In this document: positions 1-13,671 of the stretch, piece by piece
How the letters are laid out: the number at the start of each line of letters is the position of its first letter
Numbering within the stretch: the stretch's first letter is position 1
The notes under the pieces: generated by a model
Seen by the model: only the letters and a program-made list of their open reading frames with translations
Database searches by the model: none
What the model was told of the DNA's origin: nothing
Origin: Lingula anatina
Taxonomy: Eukaryota; Animalia; Brachiopoda
Assembly: GCA_051362555.1 (NCBI GenBank)
Contig: CM120644.1
Coordinates: forward strand, 4,286,954 to 4,350,953
Length of the DNA: 64,000 bases
Direction: 5' to 3'
Made by a program: the position numbers and the translations under genes

Positions 1-172
1 CGGAAACGTTCGTTCTTTAATTTGGTACATTAAAATTGGATTGATTATGTGTTATCTTTATGTATGACTAGTACCCGGGTCAGAAAATAACCAACCTGTC
101 ATAGTGGTAAAGTGACATGTTGTGGGCAGCTTTACAGTGCACAGTTAAGTGCACAGACAATTTAAAAATATA

Positions 173-456
173 CCCGCACGAAAACGAAGTAGATACTCCA
201 GCGCAGTAGACTACTGCAATCATACTGCAAATATGCTTCAAATCTGCTTCGAAGTGGGAGCTAATTCGCATATTTGAAACTTGCTTCTATCATGCTGCTA
301 ATCTACTGCATTAATGCTCCTCCTCTGTACAACCCTATGTAATTTTTGAAGTAGAATTGCAGTAGGCTATACTGCATTTTTACTGCAAATATGCTCCATA
401 CCACTACTGCGTTAATGCTTCTTTGCTACTTCGATACTACTGCATTTTCGTGCGGG
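173..456. mobile_element. Short non-autonomous DNA transposon (CCC...GGG termini, CACTA/EnSpm-like MITE)
   Basis: TIR CCCGCACGAAAA / TTTTCGTGCGGG, flanked by TA on both sides; repeated internal TACTGC motifs; no ORF. Confidence 0.7.
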
Positions 457-1383
457 TAGTGCCCATCTATTGAATGCCGTCCACCTTTACAAGCGCTCAT
501 CAGTGGACTTGGCCCCAGTCTCACAAGGAAAAAAAAAATAGCCAATTATTTGAATGGGATTTCTACGAGAGTGCAGCAACACTGTTCCTGATAGGGGAAT
601 GTACCCATACAACGTTGGTAATTATGTTCTTAGCCATGTTTCTTTTTTTTGTGAAACCGGGGCCTGGAAAAACGACTCGGTGATGTATTAGTATTGAGCC
701 ACCTCGTCATAAATCAGCACAATTGTGCATGGTTAAATTTCAGTGTTGATTTACTGTGCTCTTATAAGCATTATTTATTATTGTATCAAAACTGACAAAA
801 TGACCTATGTTCTGTATCTTAATTTTATGATTTTTGTCTGTACATTTGACGGCTTTGCTGCCTTGTTTACCTATGACTTTGTTTTATGCTGAAGTTTACT
901 TTGGCTTCACCTATGACGGTAAAGGGCACAATAGGAAGGTTTTCGTTTTAGCAACCCCATTAGAAGAGTGAACCATAACAAAAACTCAAATTACAATGGT
1001 GCTAATTTTGAGAGAAATATATTTGGCAATTAATTCCGCCGCGAAGATACCTTTATTTTCTGCTGACCGCAGTCTACAGGTGGTATGTCGTGATGCTATA
1101 ATGGGAAAGCTACTGAATTAATTCAAATCACGTCACTTTTTTTGATAAGCCTGCCCGGAACAATCCTAGTTAGATTATTTCAGATGCTGTTATTTTAATA
1201 TTGTTTCACACCGAGTTTACATTTGACTTCACCTGTGACGTTATAGAGCACGACGAGAACCTAAGCTGTTCACAAATTGGCGGTTTTAGTTGTGAGTATG
1301 ATTTGTCATTTCACATGTCGACTGTGGAGTTGCCCCGGGTACTGTATGAATGTATGAACAGTCTTGATAAGCAAGGCCAAGGA

Positions 1384-1520
1384 CAGGCCTACCCACCTAC
1401 CAGACTCGGCACCGAATGATCCTGAATTCACCGGTAGATCAGACCACACTACCCGTTTTCAAGGTGTGAGTCAGTAGCCATTACAGTATCAGACGCGACA
1501 CCCCTCTTGCCTAGTACGCG
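1384..1520. mobile_element. Fragment of a palindromic MITE family starting CAGGCCTACCC
   Basis: Same CAGGCCTACCC-ACTACCAGACTCGGCACCGAATGATCCTGAATTCACC sequence recurs near 11101, 16142, 35315 and 36243; longer copies carry the inverted end. Confidence 0.6.
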
Positions 1521-2950
1521 ATATACATTGTTTGACGAATATTATTGAGGTGATCAAGGCAAAAAAATTATCAATGACCAACAAGCACAACACAGATGAT
1601 ACGATTCAATTTTGGTTGCATAGGAACCCATGTCTCTAACAATTATAGACAGAATCTATAGTATTTATTCATTCATTTCAAAAAAAAAATTCATAGCAAC
1701 ACACAATCGTTAAATATATTTCTGAATTTATGAAATATACAACTGTATAAATGTTTTTTATATTAAATCTTTAGTCCTTATACATAAGCAGGGGTTTTAG
1801 GAATTTAGAAGGGAGCTATGGCCACCACCTAGGTACGATAGCATCCTGTGTCCTGGGCGTGGGGATTCTGCGCAAATGTACAATCCTCGTCCCAGACAAG
1901 GTCCAGATAGATGGTGGACCGAAATGTTGTGTTTCACTGGTGTTATATATTTAGTTTCTTTGTAAAAAAAATATATATATATTTTATCATCCTATCTGGA
2001 GACCACGAAAAGTCTCTTTCATTGCCAATGTAAGTTTAATATTGTGAGTCAGGTCACGTTCATTTTATGATGTAATGCATTCATTTGTGTGAATATACAG
2101 GTAGGACGTTCTTTGTAGTCTATTGACATACGTGCGGAGATTTTGCTCGAATCGAGTTGAGTTTAGCCGAAGGATCCGTTATTTACCCAGTTTTACTTTT
2201 GCCAAAATGTCTAAGCTTTTCCAAAATAGTTGGGGATTATTAAGAATTGTGCAGTCAAGATGGGGATTGGCACGGATCGTGTCATCTAACCAGATATTAT
2301 TTAAGAAAGGTTTGCAGCGTGGGTTAGTGCTGGAATATACACCCTGTAAGCAACCAGTTCGAGAACTGACCGGCCAAGCCACCGACCAACCGATCCGCTT
2401 TAAGAAAGTAAGTAGAAATTAAGTAGTCAGTAATGATGGCGAAATTCACAGCGAGTTCATCTCCAATATAAAACACTGGTAAAACAATTTAATCCCTTGA
2501 TCCCGTATGCATTTGCCATTTATCCTATCTACCTAACTTCTACACGTACCTTGTACACGCAGTATTGTAGCTACCCAGTAGGGTGATCGCTTAGGGCATA
2601 TTGTAGAGTCAGGGTTGGTTGTCCAAACATTTGCCTATTTGAGAGAAGATTACTGAATATTAAGGTATATTTTTATGCAGAGCGTCAAATGGTGTAGGTT
2701 GGGGGTGTAAATTACTGTACGTTTACCACATACGTGCGTTTGGGCCCGCAATCTTTGTGAACTACGCAATGGCTTCTGAGCCCTCGAATGTAAAATACCC
2801 AGACAATTAATTTTTATGACGCAGATAGTGAAAGGACACAGTACTCGTTTTTAACAAAATGGATAAAAAACAACTTTTTGTCTCTAGTGTATTTTACGGA
2901 CAAAGATGCACATGTTCTTTGTTGCCATCAATCTAGATGCCGACCGATTA
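1520..2950 (+). repeat. Segmental duplication unit (promoter, exon 1, intron 1) shared by EF-hand copies 1, 2 and 3
   Basis: Near-identical sequence at about 10975-12486 and 16045-17550 by direct reading. Confidence 0.85.
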
Positions 2951-3727
2951 TCCCCCGCTTACTGCATCTGATCACTTGAGACGAAAGAGACGAACAATGT
3001 TTAATCGCTTCGATTCAAACAACGACGGCATCATTACAAAGGAAGACTTCGAGGCCAGCGCCAGAAGCACCATAGAGCATCTGAAATCCAATGGTATATT
3101 TAGAATTGCATCTGAATTTGATTAATCTGGGTTCTCAAAATAATTTCGTGCAGTAATTATGATCATAATCTCCCATGACTCCGATTTGCCTCCGTCTCAC
3201 TGTTTTTCTCTCAAGTACCGCATAGATATCCTTTTCATTAAAGCTTTATTTTGAAACATTTTTGCAATAACACACGTTTTTAATAAAATTATTTTGAGAA
3301 AACTTTTCCCCCTTTTTTAGCTGAACAAGCAGCAAATATACTTAAACTACGCCTTGAAATATGGGAGTTTCTGTCCAGAGTTTTCAAAGATGCTTCTCAG
3401 GTAACAGAGGAGGAATTTGTGGGCTTTGATCCTTCGGTCGTCAATCAAAGTACCTACCGGAAAGAGTTCTTCCCAATGGTGGTATCCATGGGTTTCAAGG
3501 TCATGGACATTGATGGTGATGGTCTTGTAACAAAGGAAGAACACGCCGCTTATTTCTACAGCATGAACGTCCCTGTTGAAGAATCGAAGAAGATATTTGA
3601 CGTGATGGACACCAACAAGGACGGTTTCATATCCATTGATGAGTACGCGCATGCGTATGCGGAGTTTCTTTTCACCGAGGATCCAAATAACGAATACAAT
3701 GGGTTTTTCGGTCCTTTAGTTGATTGA
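2207..3727 (+). CDS. EF-hand protein, SCP/luciferin-binding-protein-like, copy 1, with N-terminal presequence-like exon
   Basis: join(2207..2407,2937..3093,3321..3727); GT-AG introns phase 0 and 1; 254 aa open frame; loops DSNNDGIITKED, DIDGDGLVTKEE, DTNKDGFISIDE; C-terminus FFGPLVD. Confidence 0.9.
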
Positions 3728-4044
3728 AGGACTCATTTTAAATCCGCTGAAAGTGACTTTATATCGGTCCATGTGTAACATATAAGATATACAATGCAGC
3801 GCAAAAACCTCCGCCGTTTTTTGGAAGACGCACCGTAACTTTTTGATGGTAATTTAGTCCTATTCTTTGAAACATATAGTGACACTAAAATACTGTAAAA
3901 TCTGTAATGGATTTAATTCTATACCATACGTGATTTTTTTTCTGAAGTATGATGCTTGCAGACTCCAAACCCAGATTATGGAAATACTAGTGTATGCATT
4001 GATAATATAATATAATATAATATAATATAATATGATATAATATA

Positions 4045-7000
4045 CCGTATAGCTAAAAAAAAAAAACACGACTATTGGTACGCGTATGATCGATAACTGA
4101 TTTAATTCTCGTAAGATTACCATCCGCCCCCTTCCTTATGAATAGGTATTACTTTATAAATACAATGCAACCGTCGTGTAGCCGCATGTTAGAAGACAAT
4201 GTTTGATTACGCACAGCAGTAGGAGGCCGCTACCCCTTCCCAGCAAGGAGTCAACACAGCAGCGCGTAACCCGGGGTTAATTAGGGGTTATTAGCTGTCC
4301 ACTTATGATCGGTATTGTTCGTCTTGATTGCAGCACACTTCCTATTCACTATTGGTTCGACCGCCTCTTCTTTAAATGCTCTCTCAAACCTTTCCTCAGT
4401 CAGCCGAGAATGGAAACACGTTTATCTGCCGATAAACTACGTCGTTGATGTATTATTCGGCATCATTCTACAGTGGGTCATAAGGCTCTATCTATCATTT
4501 TTTTCGTCTCGCATTTTACCAGATTAAGCTGACGCTCGAAAACTAAATTTAATGAATAATTTTCTCACGTGCACCGTATCCAGCTAATTTTACGACAATA
4601 ACTACCACGGCACCTCCGCCATTTGCAATTGTAGACGAACCACGTGTTTCCAACTGATAGGCCAATACAACTATACCAGACCCATTGTACGAGAAAAGAC
4701 CGTTTATATTTAATGAATTAAAAAACATTCGAGGATTGCGATTTTCTATTGATATACTATCGATGGTATCCCTGTATTAAATCATCCACTGCTACCCCCT
4801 CTTTTGTAGTGTAGCATGACTCGTATCACAAGATGGCCTTAGAAATGAAATAAGACAGGCCTACACTCTGATAGTTTTTAGTCTATTATTAACCCTAATG
4901 TCGTTGCTTGTCATTCATTCTAGAACTCTCTGAGCCATCGCAAAATTATTTGCCAGGACATTTAAAGGCTACTTCTTAACGGATTTTTTTTTATTTGCAC
5001 TAAGTCCAAAATGTTCGAGGACGTCTCTGTCGTCATCGCCGTTTCTCGGACGCAGTCCCAGACAAAGGATCGGAAAGTTTCTAAATAAAAGAACTTATAA
5101 ATGCTGCCACTAGCCATCCTTATTGTTCCTAAGTAAAGAGAGGCGATAATGATCTTTTCTTTCTTCTAGCTTAGTCTGTCGACTAAAATGAACAAAGTTA
5201 GGCCTACAATGCAACCACCTATTATTACGACCATTAATGAGGTTCTTTGCTACACTCCCTTTCTTCATGATCGCGAAACCAGTGGGGTGCTGTGTTTTAA
5301 ATATATAAAAAAGGGTCTCGCGAGGTGAAGCTATAATAATGAAATAAAAAAATCCAATGAATAGGCCTATCTAATAAACCATGAAGCACGTAGTCTAGGC
5401 CTCTTCTTTGACCGACATCACATTTTTACATTCTTTGTTTTAATAAGAGGACGAACGTGGTCTAATTTGTCTTTTGGTGGTGTGTGATTTTGCTCGAAGT
5501 AGCGGAGTCAAGTAAATCGGTGATTTACCGTTGGTAAGAGTAGCGATCATCGCTCCTGCGTCCTCATAGATTACTTTCTAATCACCCGTAATTAACGCAG
5601 TCAGGAATAAGCGCTCAAATAGGGGTTTTTGTATCAGGGAAAATTTTAGTATTAATCTTATGTTATTATGTATCTGTATTTTGTAATCATGTAACTCATT
5701 TTCCCAAGGCAACCCCCAATTATGACGACCATTAATGAAGTTCTCTGCTACACTCTCTCCTCATGATCACTTGCTCGATCGTGAAACCCTGGAGGTGTTG
5801 TATATATATTTGGGGTAGTTTACTATAGCATGCTACACTCTCCTCATGATCAGCTGCTCGATCGTGAAATCTGGAGTGAAACCCATGGTTTATCTAACAA
5901 TGGTTTAAATAAATAAAAAGGGTGTCACGGAGGTGAAGCTGCTTAACTCATAAGAATAACGAACGAAAAAATACGATGAACATTTAATAAACCACGAAGC
6001 ACATATGTTTTGACCGTTATCGCCTTTTTTACATAAGATGTCTCAACAAGAAGGCAGATGTAGTCCAATTTGTCTTTTGTTGGTGATTCTTGATCTGCTT
6101 CAGGTGGCTGAGATTAGTTGATCGGTGATGCACCGTTGGTAAGAGTAGCAATCATCACTCCTGCGTTCTAACGGATTACTTTCCAACCCCCCATAATTAA
6201 CGCAGCCAGGAATAGGCGCTGAAATAGGGGGTATTAAATCAGGAATTAATTTTTGTAATTATGTATCCGTAAAATAAGAATCGTAACATTATCACGTATT
6301 TTTCCTGATGGAAAATATCATAATTTATGCACACTGATCGAATTATAAAGAAAATCTCCAGATGTAAACAAAGGTCAGTCAAGTATCACTCATCCCAGGC
6401 TGCAGGGCAGATATAGAGAATTGAATGAAGCGCCAGTGATTTGGCAACCCTACAAATTTGTCATAATGATTCATGGGCAAACAATAGAAGCATGAAATTA
6501 ACACCTTTTACAGTGTGAATGACGACACCTTATTACCAAAATTAGTAAATGTCGTTTGCGTCATGTATCAATATTTTTGCGCATAATAGTACCTACGTTA
6601 TAAACATTCAGCAAAGATATTTGGAAGGCCGCTCTTTTGTTGTTTATATCAAAGGAAAACTATTTGATACCCATCGTATCAATCATTATACCATGATAAG
6701 AGATTAGCATACTAATTTATGTCCCCAGTAATAATATCTTTAACAATTACAACAAACCTTCCTACTGTGCTTTCCGTTGCAAAAACAATTAGCCACGACT
6801 GTTTTATTTATTAATAGATATTTATAATAATGACAATTTCAAAATCTTCAAAAGTACCGACAAGGACACGAACTCCCGTCGGGTAGGTTGCGGACGATAC
6901 AACAACGTTAACCGTTGTTCCACCAATTCTATTATTCACGCACATAGATATCGACAGCTCTGTATTGCCGCGCATGCCGAAGCTTTGCGGAAATTGCCGA

Positions 7001-7581
7001 AGGCTGGGAAAATTCTTCAAAATATACTTTTATTACATTTAATCAAATCCAGACTATCTCCCACTGCCCTGAGGTATGGCTAAAGGCTTTCAGTTGTCAT
7101 CAGACTTTGTAATTTGGGAGAAAAAAGTGAAACAGTAACTTCTGGTGATGAATAATAGGTAATAGTGCTGCAAGGTGTTGTTTTTTATCCCTGATGTACG
7201 AGTAGCTTTTTCTACAGTTTCTATAATTCTCTTAACGTATGAAAATATGCAGGTTTTCTGATATAATAAGACTTTGATAAAATCAAAACCAATACTTTTA
7301 AAGTCGAGAGTCGGGATAAATATCGGCAAGGTGGAGATATGTCCCGCCGGCGCTTCCGCAACAGCAAGACTGAAGGACGCAAGTTACAAAGCAAAACATG
7401 TTTAGTCAAGTTAAAGACTTAATTACCGGTTTAACTTCGGCGGCAGTGCCTACTGCTGTGAGCAACATGCGCTGTCCATCGTAATCCCCCTATCATAACA
7501 CTGTCGGGGACGTGCGCATTAGCGCGTCTGATGTAGACAGCGTGTGCTATTAAAGTGACCGGGGACTTATTAGCTATAGTG
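4045..7581. mobile_element. About 3.5 kb insertion into a (TAATA)n tract, probable non-autonomous DNA transposon
   Basis: Absent from the paralogous 3' flank of copy 3 (about 18585-18640); ends CCGTATAGCTAA / TTAGCTATAGTG (10/12 inverted match) flanked by TA; internal diverged direct repeat about 5215-5650 vs 5715-6255. Confidence 0.5.
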
Positions 7582-7659
7582 TAATATAATATATGCACTT
7601 GTAGCATAAGGACATAATAAAGCATGATTAAAATGGGTTCGAATGTGATTTATAAATTT

Positions 7660-8253
7660 TGGCGACAGTAACGCGTAGGTGGTACCGTGAGATCCTGTTT
7701 GCTTGGGTCCAGATTCCCATTCAGCTTTAGTTTTATGACATTTAACATCCGTTTAAATTCTGCCACCCGTTTTTGGCACCCATTTTCAAGGACTGTGAAT
7801 CTTCAGAGATAACCCAAAGTCTCGCAGCTTGATAACAACTATATCAACCGGGAGTTCCCAGGATTTGAGGGGAGAGTTGGACAGAAATACTAGTAAATCA
7901 GCGTGGTGCGGCAAAAAATGTCATCCATGTGCTTTTTATACTCCTTCTTGTATATTCGGTTGTGTTCTACACTAAAGTAGATCCATTACAATCTAATGTT
8001 GCGCAACAGTACCAGTACAGCACGCTTTATGTGCTACCATTATATTGCTTTCTAAAACGATAATGACGGAGATGAAAGCCTGCCCTTGTTATTGAAACGT
8101 TTACCTCGCCTTGCGCCGATGCACGTGTGTTACCTATTTTAAACGACGCAACACAGTGCCTGGATCCTTTTATGCTAACCTGGACGATTTCCGTTGGTTT
8201 GAACGCTTTTTTTTCTCTTCCCACGGGATAGCTTACACTTCTTGACATAGTCA
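7660..8253 (-). pseudogene. Decayed unidentified coding-like sequence, partial second copy
   Basis: Homologous to 18705-19265; shares MSRSVxYPVG..KAFKP..IVQVSIKGSRHCV; frameshifted. Confidence 0.35.
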
Positions 8254-8259
8254 GCCCTG

Positions 8260-9247
8260 GGCTCGGAATCTCGAAAGGTTCGCTATGTTGCGCACACGCT
8301 CTAGCATGGCTAGCGTGCGCTATCCCGTATCTCGAAAGAATCGCTATTTTGAGCGCCTGCGCTATCATGGCTAGCGTGCGCTATCCCATATCTCGAAAGC
8401 TTCGCAAATCCCGGCCGTGCGCTAATGTCCAAATCGCCATTAGTTTCGAGGCTATTATTTGCGGCGATACAAACTAGTCGCAAAGGCCTCTGCGTATGCA
8501 AAATTCGTCATTTTGATGTGTCTTTCATGTAATTAAACATAGTGGCAAGTTTGGGTTGCTAGTCATAATAGCATATAATAAAACATATAACAAAAACATG
8601 GAAGCTTTTAATTGATTGAATCACTGGTACCTCTGATAGAAAAACTTGCGGTAAATAGGCCCTATTCACGTGAAGAATGCCAAAGTCATATTTTATTATG
8701 CAGAAAAAATTCAAAATTAAACATTTCATACATCATTTTATATTTTCTGGTGAATTTCATTTATCTGTGTAATCTATTGATAATAATAATAAATTTAAAA
8801 GTGTCATTTTCCACACAAAATGAAAAAGCAGAAACAAAGCATTCGGCCGCACCGTGACCTTCCTCAATGTCTATTATTGTGAGACTGAACACTACTCACC
8901 ATTGTGTCAGTAATTGTGTCAGTCCAAGCTTCGCTTATTGAATTGTTTTTTGACATTTTATTGGTGTCAAATACTTCAAATATCAGTATTTGTAATTATG
9001 ATATTCCTATAAATAAAAACAACCTCTTGATTTGCGTCATGGTGAAAAAAATTGCATTTTGTGTAATTGTGTTATGACGTCTTCACTTTATGCGGCAATC
9101 GAATATTAGTAGAGTTTGAGGTTATAATTGCGTTGCGTCTGCTAAGGCTTCGAGATAGCAGGTGGGTGCAATCGCACTAGCAAATAGCGCACGCTAGCTA
9201 TGCTATAGCGCGTGCGCAACATAGCGAACCTTTCGAGATTCCGAGCC
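8260..9247. mobile_element. Non-autonomous PIF/Harbinger element
   Basis: TIR GGCTCGGAATCTCGAAAGGTTCGCTATGTTGCGCAC and its inverse; CTG target-site duplication; subterminal GCTAGCGTGCGCTAT repeats. Confidence 0.85.
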
Positions 9248-9874
9248 CTGTTCTTTAAAACAGTGCACATGGGCGTAACTAGGCATACGCACGGATGCAC
9301 TGTGCGTACAATATTTTGGCCAACCATGATATTTTATATAGATTTAGTGTATTTTTCAATGAATATAAAAGAAAATCCTCTGCTTATTAAAGTCACCTGT
9401 ATGTACAAACCCTCTGTATCAATTGTATAGGCACTTGTTCTTACCCCCCCTCCTCGTCTTGCAAACTGAGGTAAACAATGCCTGTAACCTTAACAGGTCC
9501 TATCTCACACCCCATTTTCATAGATTTTTAGATCGATCTATCCCTGTGGGGAGTCTCGCTAGATTACTGTCAGCTTGGTCGGCTTAAGAGTCTGTCCCGC
9601 CTACTAAAAGCTGTAAGGGGGTAATTAACTATAGTGCCCGCTCGGCTGACTGCAATTTAGCGTGAACCCCCAGGGAGTTAGGTCGATCTAAAACTTAATC
9701 ATTAGATCGATCTAAATCTCTTTGAAAGCACCCTTAATCGTCCATCGAACTGGAACTTCTTTTACCTCTTAATTGGAGGGCACATCCCTTTCTTCATTTG
9801 CTGTTGTGTCAGGAATAACAGTCCTAGGAATTGAAGTCTGGGGTCCCATATAAAAACACTCCAAATGTGTATAA

Positions 9875-10646
9875 AGCCTCAGTCACAACCGGACGCACGA
9901 ATTTTAGGATCGTACGTCCCCTAAGAATTGTGGGTGCAGCGGAGGTCGTAGAGTATTTAGAGGTAAACGAAAGGTTTCAAAAGAAAAGTGCAAGTCTTCC
10001 TTGCGAGTGGCAGGGACCACGTAAGGTTAGTGCACTTTGCGTGTTGAGTAAGGCGCACGCCCTCACAACTAACGAAAAAAGTCGAAAGCACACCGGGAAT
10101 GCGTCGCACGTGCGTCACCCCCACGCCTGGTGTATAAAAGGCGTGCTCACGACGCACGCTCGTGTCTTTACAATGAACATCGACTGTGTAACGTGTACAA
10201 CAATTTTCAAATTTTTGCTCAATTTAGTTTCTAATATGCCTCAAAAAGGCAAGAGACAGAAGCTTACATAGTAGAAAAAAGGGAGGAGGAAGAAGAAGGA
10301 AGAGGAGAACAGGAAGCAAAACTGACGTACGCCGTCAGTACGTCACCACAAACGTGTGAGGCAAGTGTGAAGCAAAACTGACGTAAAAGGGCACTACTTT
10401 CGCCATGCGTTGCATTCCCTTCGTAAGTGGTGAGTGTGTGCCACGTACACAGGAAGCAAGACAAACTCAAGAAATGAGTACAATTTTTCACGGCCATCGC
10501 TCTTTGCAATTAATGTCCCTGCTTCAAATAACAACTCATGTGGCCCTTGCGACTCGCAAGGCAGACTTTCCTCTACCTCTACGACCTCCACGGCCTCTGC
10601 AACACCCAAAAATCGCAGGGGACGACGTCCGGTTGTGACCGAGGCT
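9875..10646. mobile_element. Non-autonomous PIF/Harbinger-type element
   Basis: TIR AGCCTCAGTCACAACCGGACG / CGTCCGGTTGTGACCGAGGCT, TAA on both sides; partial internal duplicate at about 10690-10890; end fragments near 38505 and 42345. Confidence 0.8.
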
Positions 10647-11734
10647 TAACTAGCGCCCCTCGCAATAGTTCGCTAAAGTTCCAAAGTGAGACGTGCGTGG
10701 TCCAAGACACCCGCCGTAAGCACTGAAGGAGCAAGTGTCCTTTGCATGTTGAGTACGGCGCACGTCTTCACAGCTAACGAACAAAGTCGAAAATACGGCA
10801 CAGGAGTGTGTTGCACGTGCGTCACCCCACGCCAGGAGTATAAAAAGCGTGCATGCTCACGACGCACGCTCGTGTCTCGACAATTAACGTCCAAAAGGTT
10901 CCTGTAACTAGAGAAGCTAGTTTTGCGTGGTTATGGCAACATCAACCTACCAATTCGTGATCAAAAAAGATAATGCATTATTTGACGAACATTACTGAGG
11001 TGATTAAGGCCAAAAATTTTATTAATGACCAACAAGAATTACATAGCTGATACGATTCCATTTTGGTTACATAGGAAACCATCTCTCTCACAATTATAGG
11101 CAGGCCTACCCAGCTACCAGACTCGGCACCCAATGATCCTGAATTCACCGCTTGATGGGCCCACACTACCCGCTTTCAAAGTATGTGGGTAGGCCTTATG
11201 GATACAGAATCTATTTAATCATTCATTTCATAAAAATTATAGAAACACACAATCGTTAATGAAATATACAACTGTATAAATGGTTGTTTATGTAAAATCT
11301 TTTGTCCTTATACATAGAAAGGGGTTTTGGGAATTTAGAAGGGAGCCATGGCCACCACCTAGTTACGATAGCGTCCTGTGTCCTGGGTGTCGGATTCCTG
11401 CGCGAATATTCAACCTTCGTCCCAGACAAGGTCCAGATAGATGGTGGACCGAAATGTTGTGTTTCACTGGTGTTACATGTATTTAGTTTCTTTGTAAAGA
11501 ACAATTATATTTTATCATCCTATCTAGAGACCACGAAAAATCTCTTTCATAGCCAATGTAAGTTTGATATTGTGAGTCAGGTCACGTTCATTTTATGATG
11601 TAATGCCATCATTTGTGTGAATATACAGGTAGGACGTTCTTTGTAGTCTATTGACATACATGCGGAGATTTTGCTCGAATCGAGTTGAGTTTAGCCGAAG
11701 GATTCGTTATTTATCCAGTTTTACTTTTGCCAAA

Positions 11735-13041
11735 ATGTCTAAGCTTTTCCAAAATAGTTGGGGATTATTAAGAATTGTGCAGTCAAGATGGGGATTGGCA
11801 CGGATCGTGTCATCTAACCAGATATTATTGAAGAAAGGTTTGCAGCGTGGGTTAGTGCTGGAATGCACACCCTGTAAGCAACCAGTTCGAGAACTGACCG
11901 GCCAAGCCACCGACCAACCGATCCGCTTTAAGAAAGTAAGTAGAAATTAAGTAGTCAGTAATGATGGCGAAATTCACAGCGAGTTCATCTCCAATATAAA
12001 ACACTGGTAAAACAATTTAATTCCTTGATCCCGTATGCATTTGCCATCTATCCTATCTACCTAACTTCTACACGTACCTTGTACACGCAGTATTGTAGCT
12101 ACCCAGTAGGGTGATCGCTTAGGGCATATTGTAGAGTCAGGGTTGGTTGTCCAAACATTTGCCTATTTGAGAGAAGATTATTGAATATTAAGGTATATTT
12201 TTATGCAGAGCGTCGAATGGTGTAGGTTGGGGGTGTAAAATACTGTACGTTTACCACATACGTTCGTTTGGGCCCGCAATCTTTGTGAACCACGCAATGG
12301 CTCCTGAGCCCTCGAATGTAAAATAACCTAGACAATTAATTTTTATGACGCAGATGGTGAAAAGACATAGTAGACCTACTCGTTTTGAACAAGATGGAAT
12401 AAAAAAAACTTTTTGCTTCTTGTGTATTTTACGGACAATAATGCACATGTTCTTTGTTGCCAACAATCTAGATGCCGACCGATTACAGATGGAGGTCACG
12501 AGGAATGTGTGTTCCTTCATTCAAGATGGAAGTTAGTTTATCAAAATTCAAAATAATAAAAAAACCAAAATGCAAAGATAGCCCTGAACACCGTTGACTT
12601 TATTATTGCAAAATCCCACACTATTTTGGAAGGTTTAAACCAATCTAACTAAGAAGGAGGGGGGGGGGGGTCGAAAGGCCAATTTACAGGTTTTAGTAAA
12701 CATTTCAGATGCCCATTGATTACCCACCGGTCACTGGTTCCAGCCACTGGAGACGGAAAGTGCGCACATGTTTCAACGGCTTAGATTCAAATTCTGACGG
12801 CTGTATTACAAGAGAAGACTGGGTGGCAACCGTTGACCGGACTGTCCAGTATTTGAGCCTTGATGGTAATTGGCTAATATGACATGGAATATACATATAT
12901 GACCATCATAAATTTTACTTTATTGATTTAAAATGCTAAAAGAATACTGTTAAAAATGAGGAAGGGTATATTCATTGAAACTCTTAAACTTTGATTCATA
13001 TTTGTAAAGATAAAACATCGATTTAACTTGACCTATATCTT

Positions 13042-13085
<44 letters not shown>

Positions 13086-13671
13086 TGTTCATGTATGAGC
13101 TTAATCATAAGTTAAACTTACTCGATTAGAATGATGTAAGAATACGGCTAGAAATGAGGAAGTGTATAAACATTGTAATTAATTCTTAAAGTTCGATTCG
13201 AATTTGTAAAAATTAGACAAAAATTTAGCTTAACGTGTATCTTTAACTGTTTTAGAAAAGCAAGCTGACCTCATACTTAAGCAACGCCTGGCCATCTGGG
13301 AACGTTATGTGCAAAGTGTAAGGAATGACACTTCTGTCAAGATGACGTGGGACGAATACTTGAAAGAAACTTTGTCGAACGTGAACGAAATAAGCTATCG
13401 ACGTGAGCTACTTCCCAGCATCATAGCCGTGGAATTCAATACCATGGATATTGATGGCGATGGTCGTATATCTCAGGAAGAGCATGCTGCTTTTTTCTAC
13501 ACTATACGCGCCCCAGATGATGATTCGAAGAGAGTCTTCAACGTGATGGATAGCAATAAGGATGGGTTTATATCCATGGATGAATTTGCAGAAGGGTTTG
13601 TGGAGTTTTGGCTAACGGAAGACCCAAACAATAAATACAATATGTTTTTTGGCCCCCTTGTCCAAATGTAA
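11735..13671 (+). CDS. EF-hand protein, SCP/luciferin-binding-protein-like, copy 2 (divergent, chimeric locus)
   Basis: join(11735..11935,12709..12865,13256..13671); GT-AG, in frame; loops DSNSDGCITRED, DIDGDGRISQEE, DSNKDGFISMDE. An extra truncated exon-2 start (MPTDY) lies at 12472-12486. Confidence 0.8.
13047..13082. repeat. (GT)n microsatellite
   Basis: Direct reading; in intron 2 of copy 2. Confidence 0.95.

Noticed and set aside
2123-2422. Treating the repeated 80-108 aa ORFs ending FKKVS as stand-alone small proteins
   Set aside because: Their TTG/GTG starts are ORF-finder artefacts, the VS codons are the GTAAGT donor, and similarity between subfamilies stops there; they are first exons.
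3347-3652. Antisense ORFs over EF-hand exons (also 17950-18255, 41130-41456) and over GT31 (58248-58547, 63492-63785)
   Set aside because: Shadows of the real coding strand, repeated only because the genes are duplicated.
9831-10907. Cluster of overlapping ORFs
   Set aside because: Lie in a GC-richer non-autonomous transposon; no recognisable domain.
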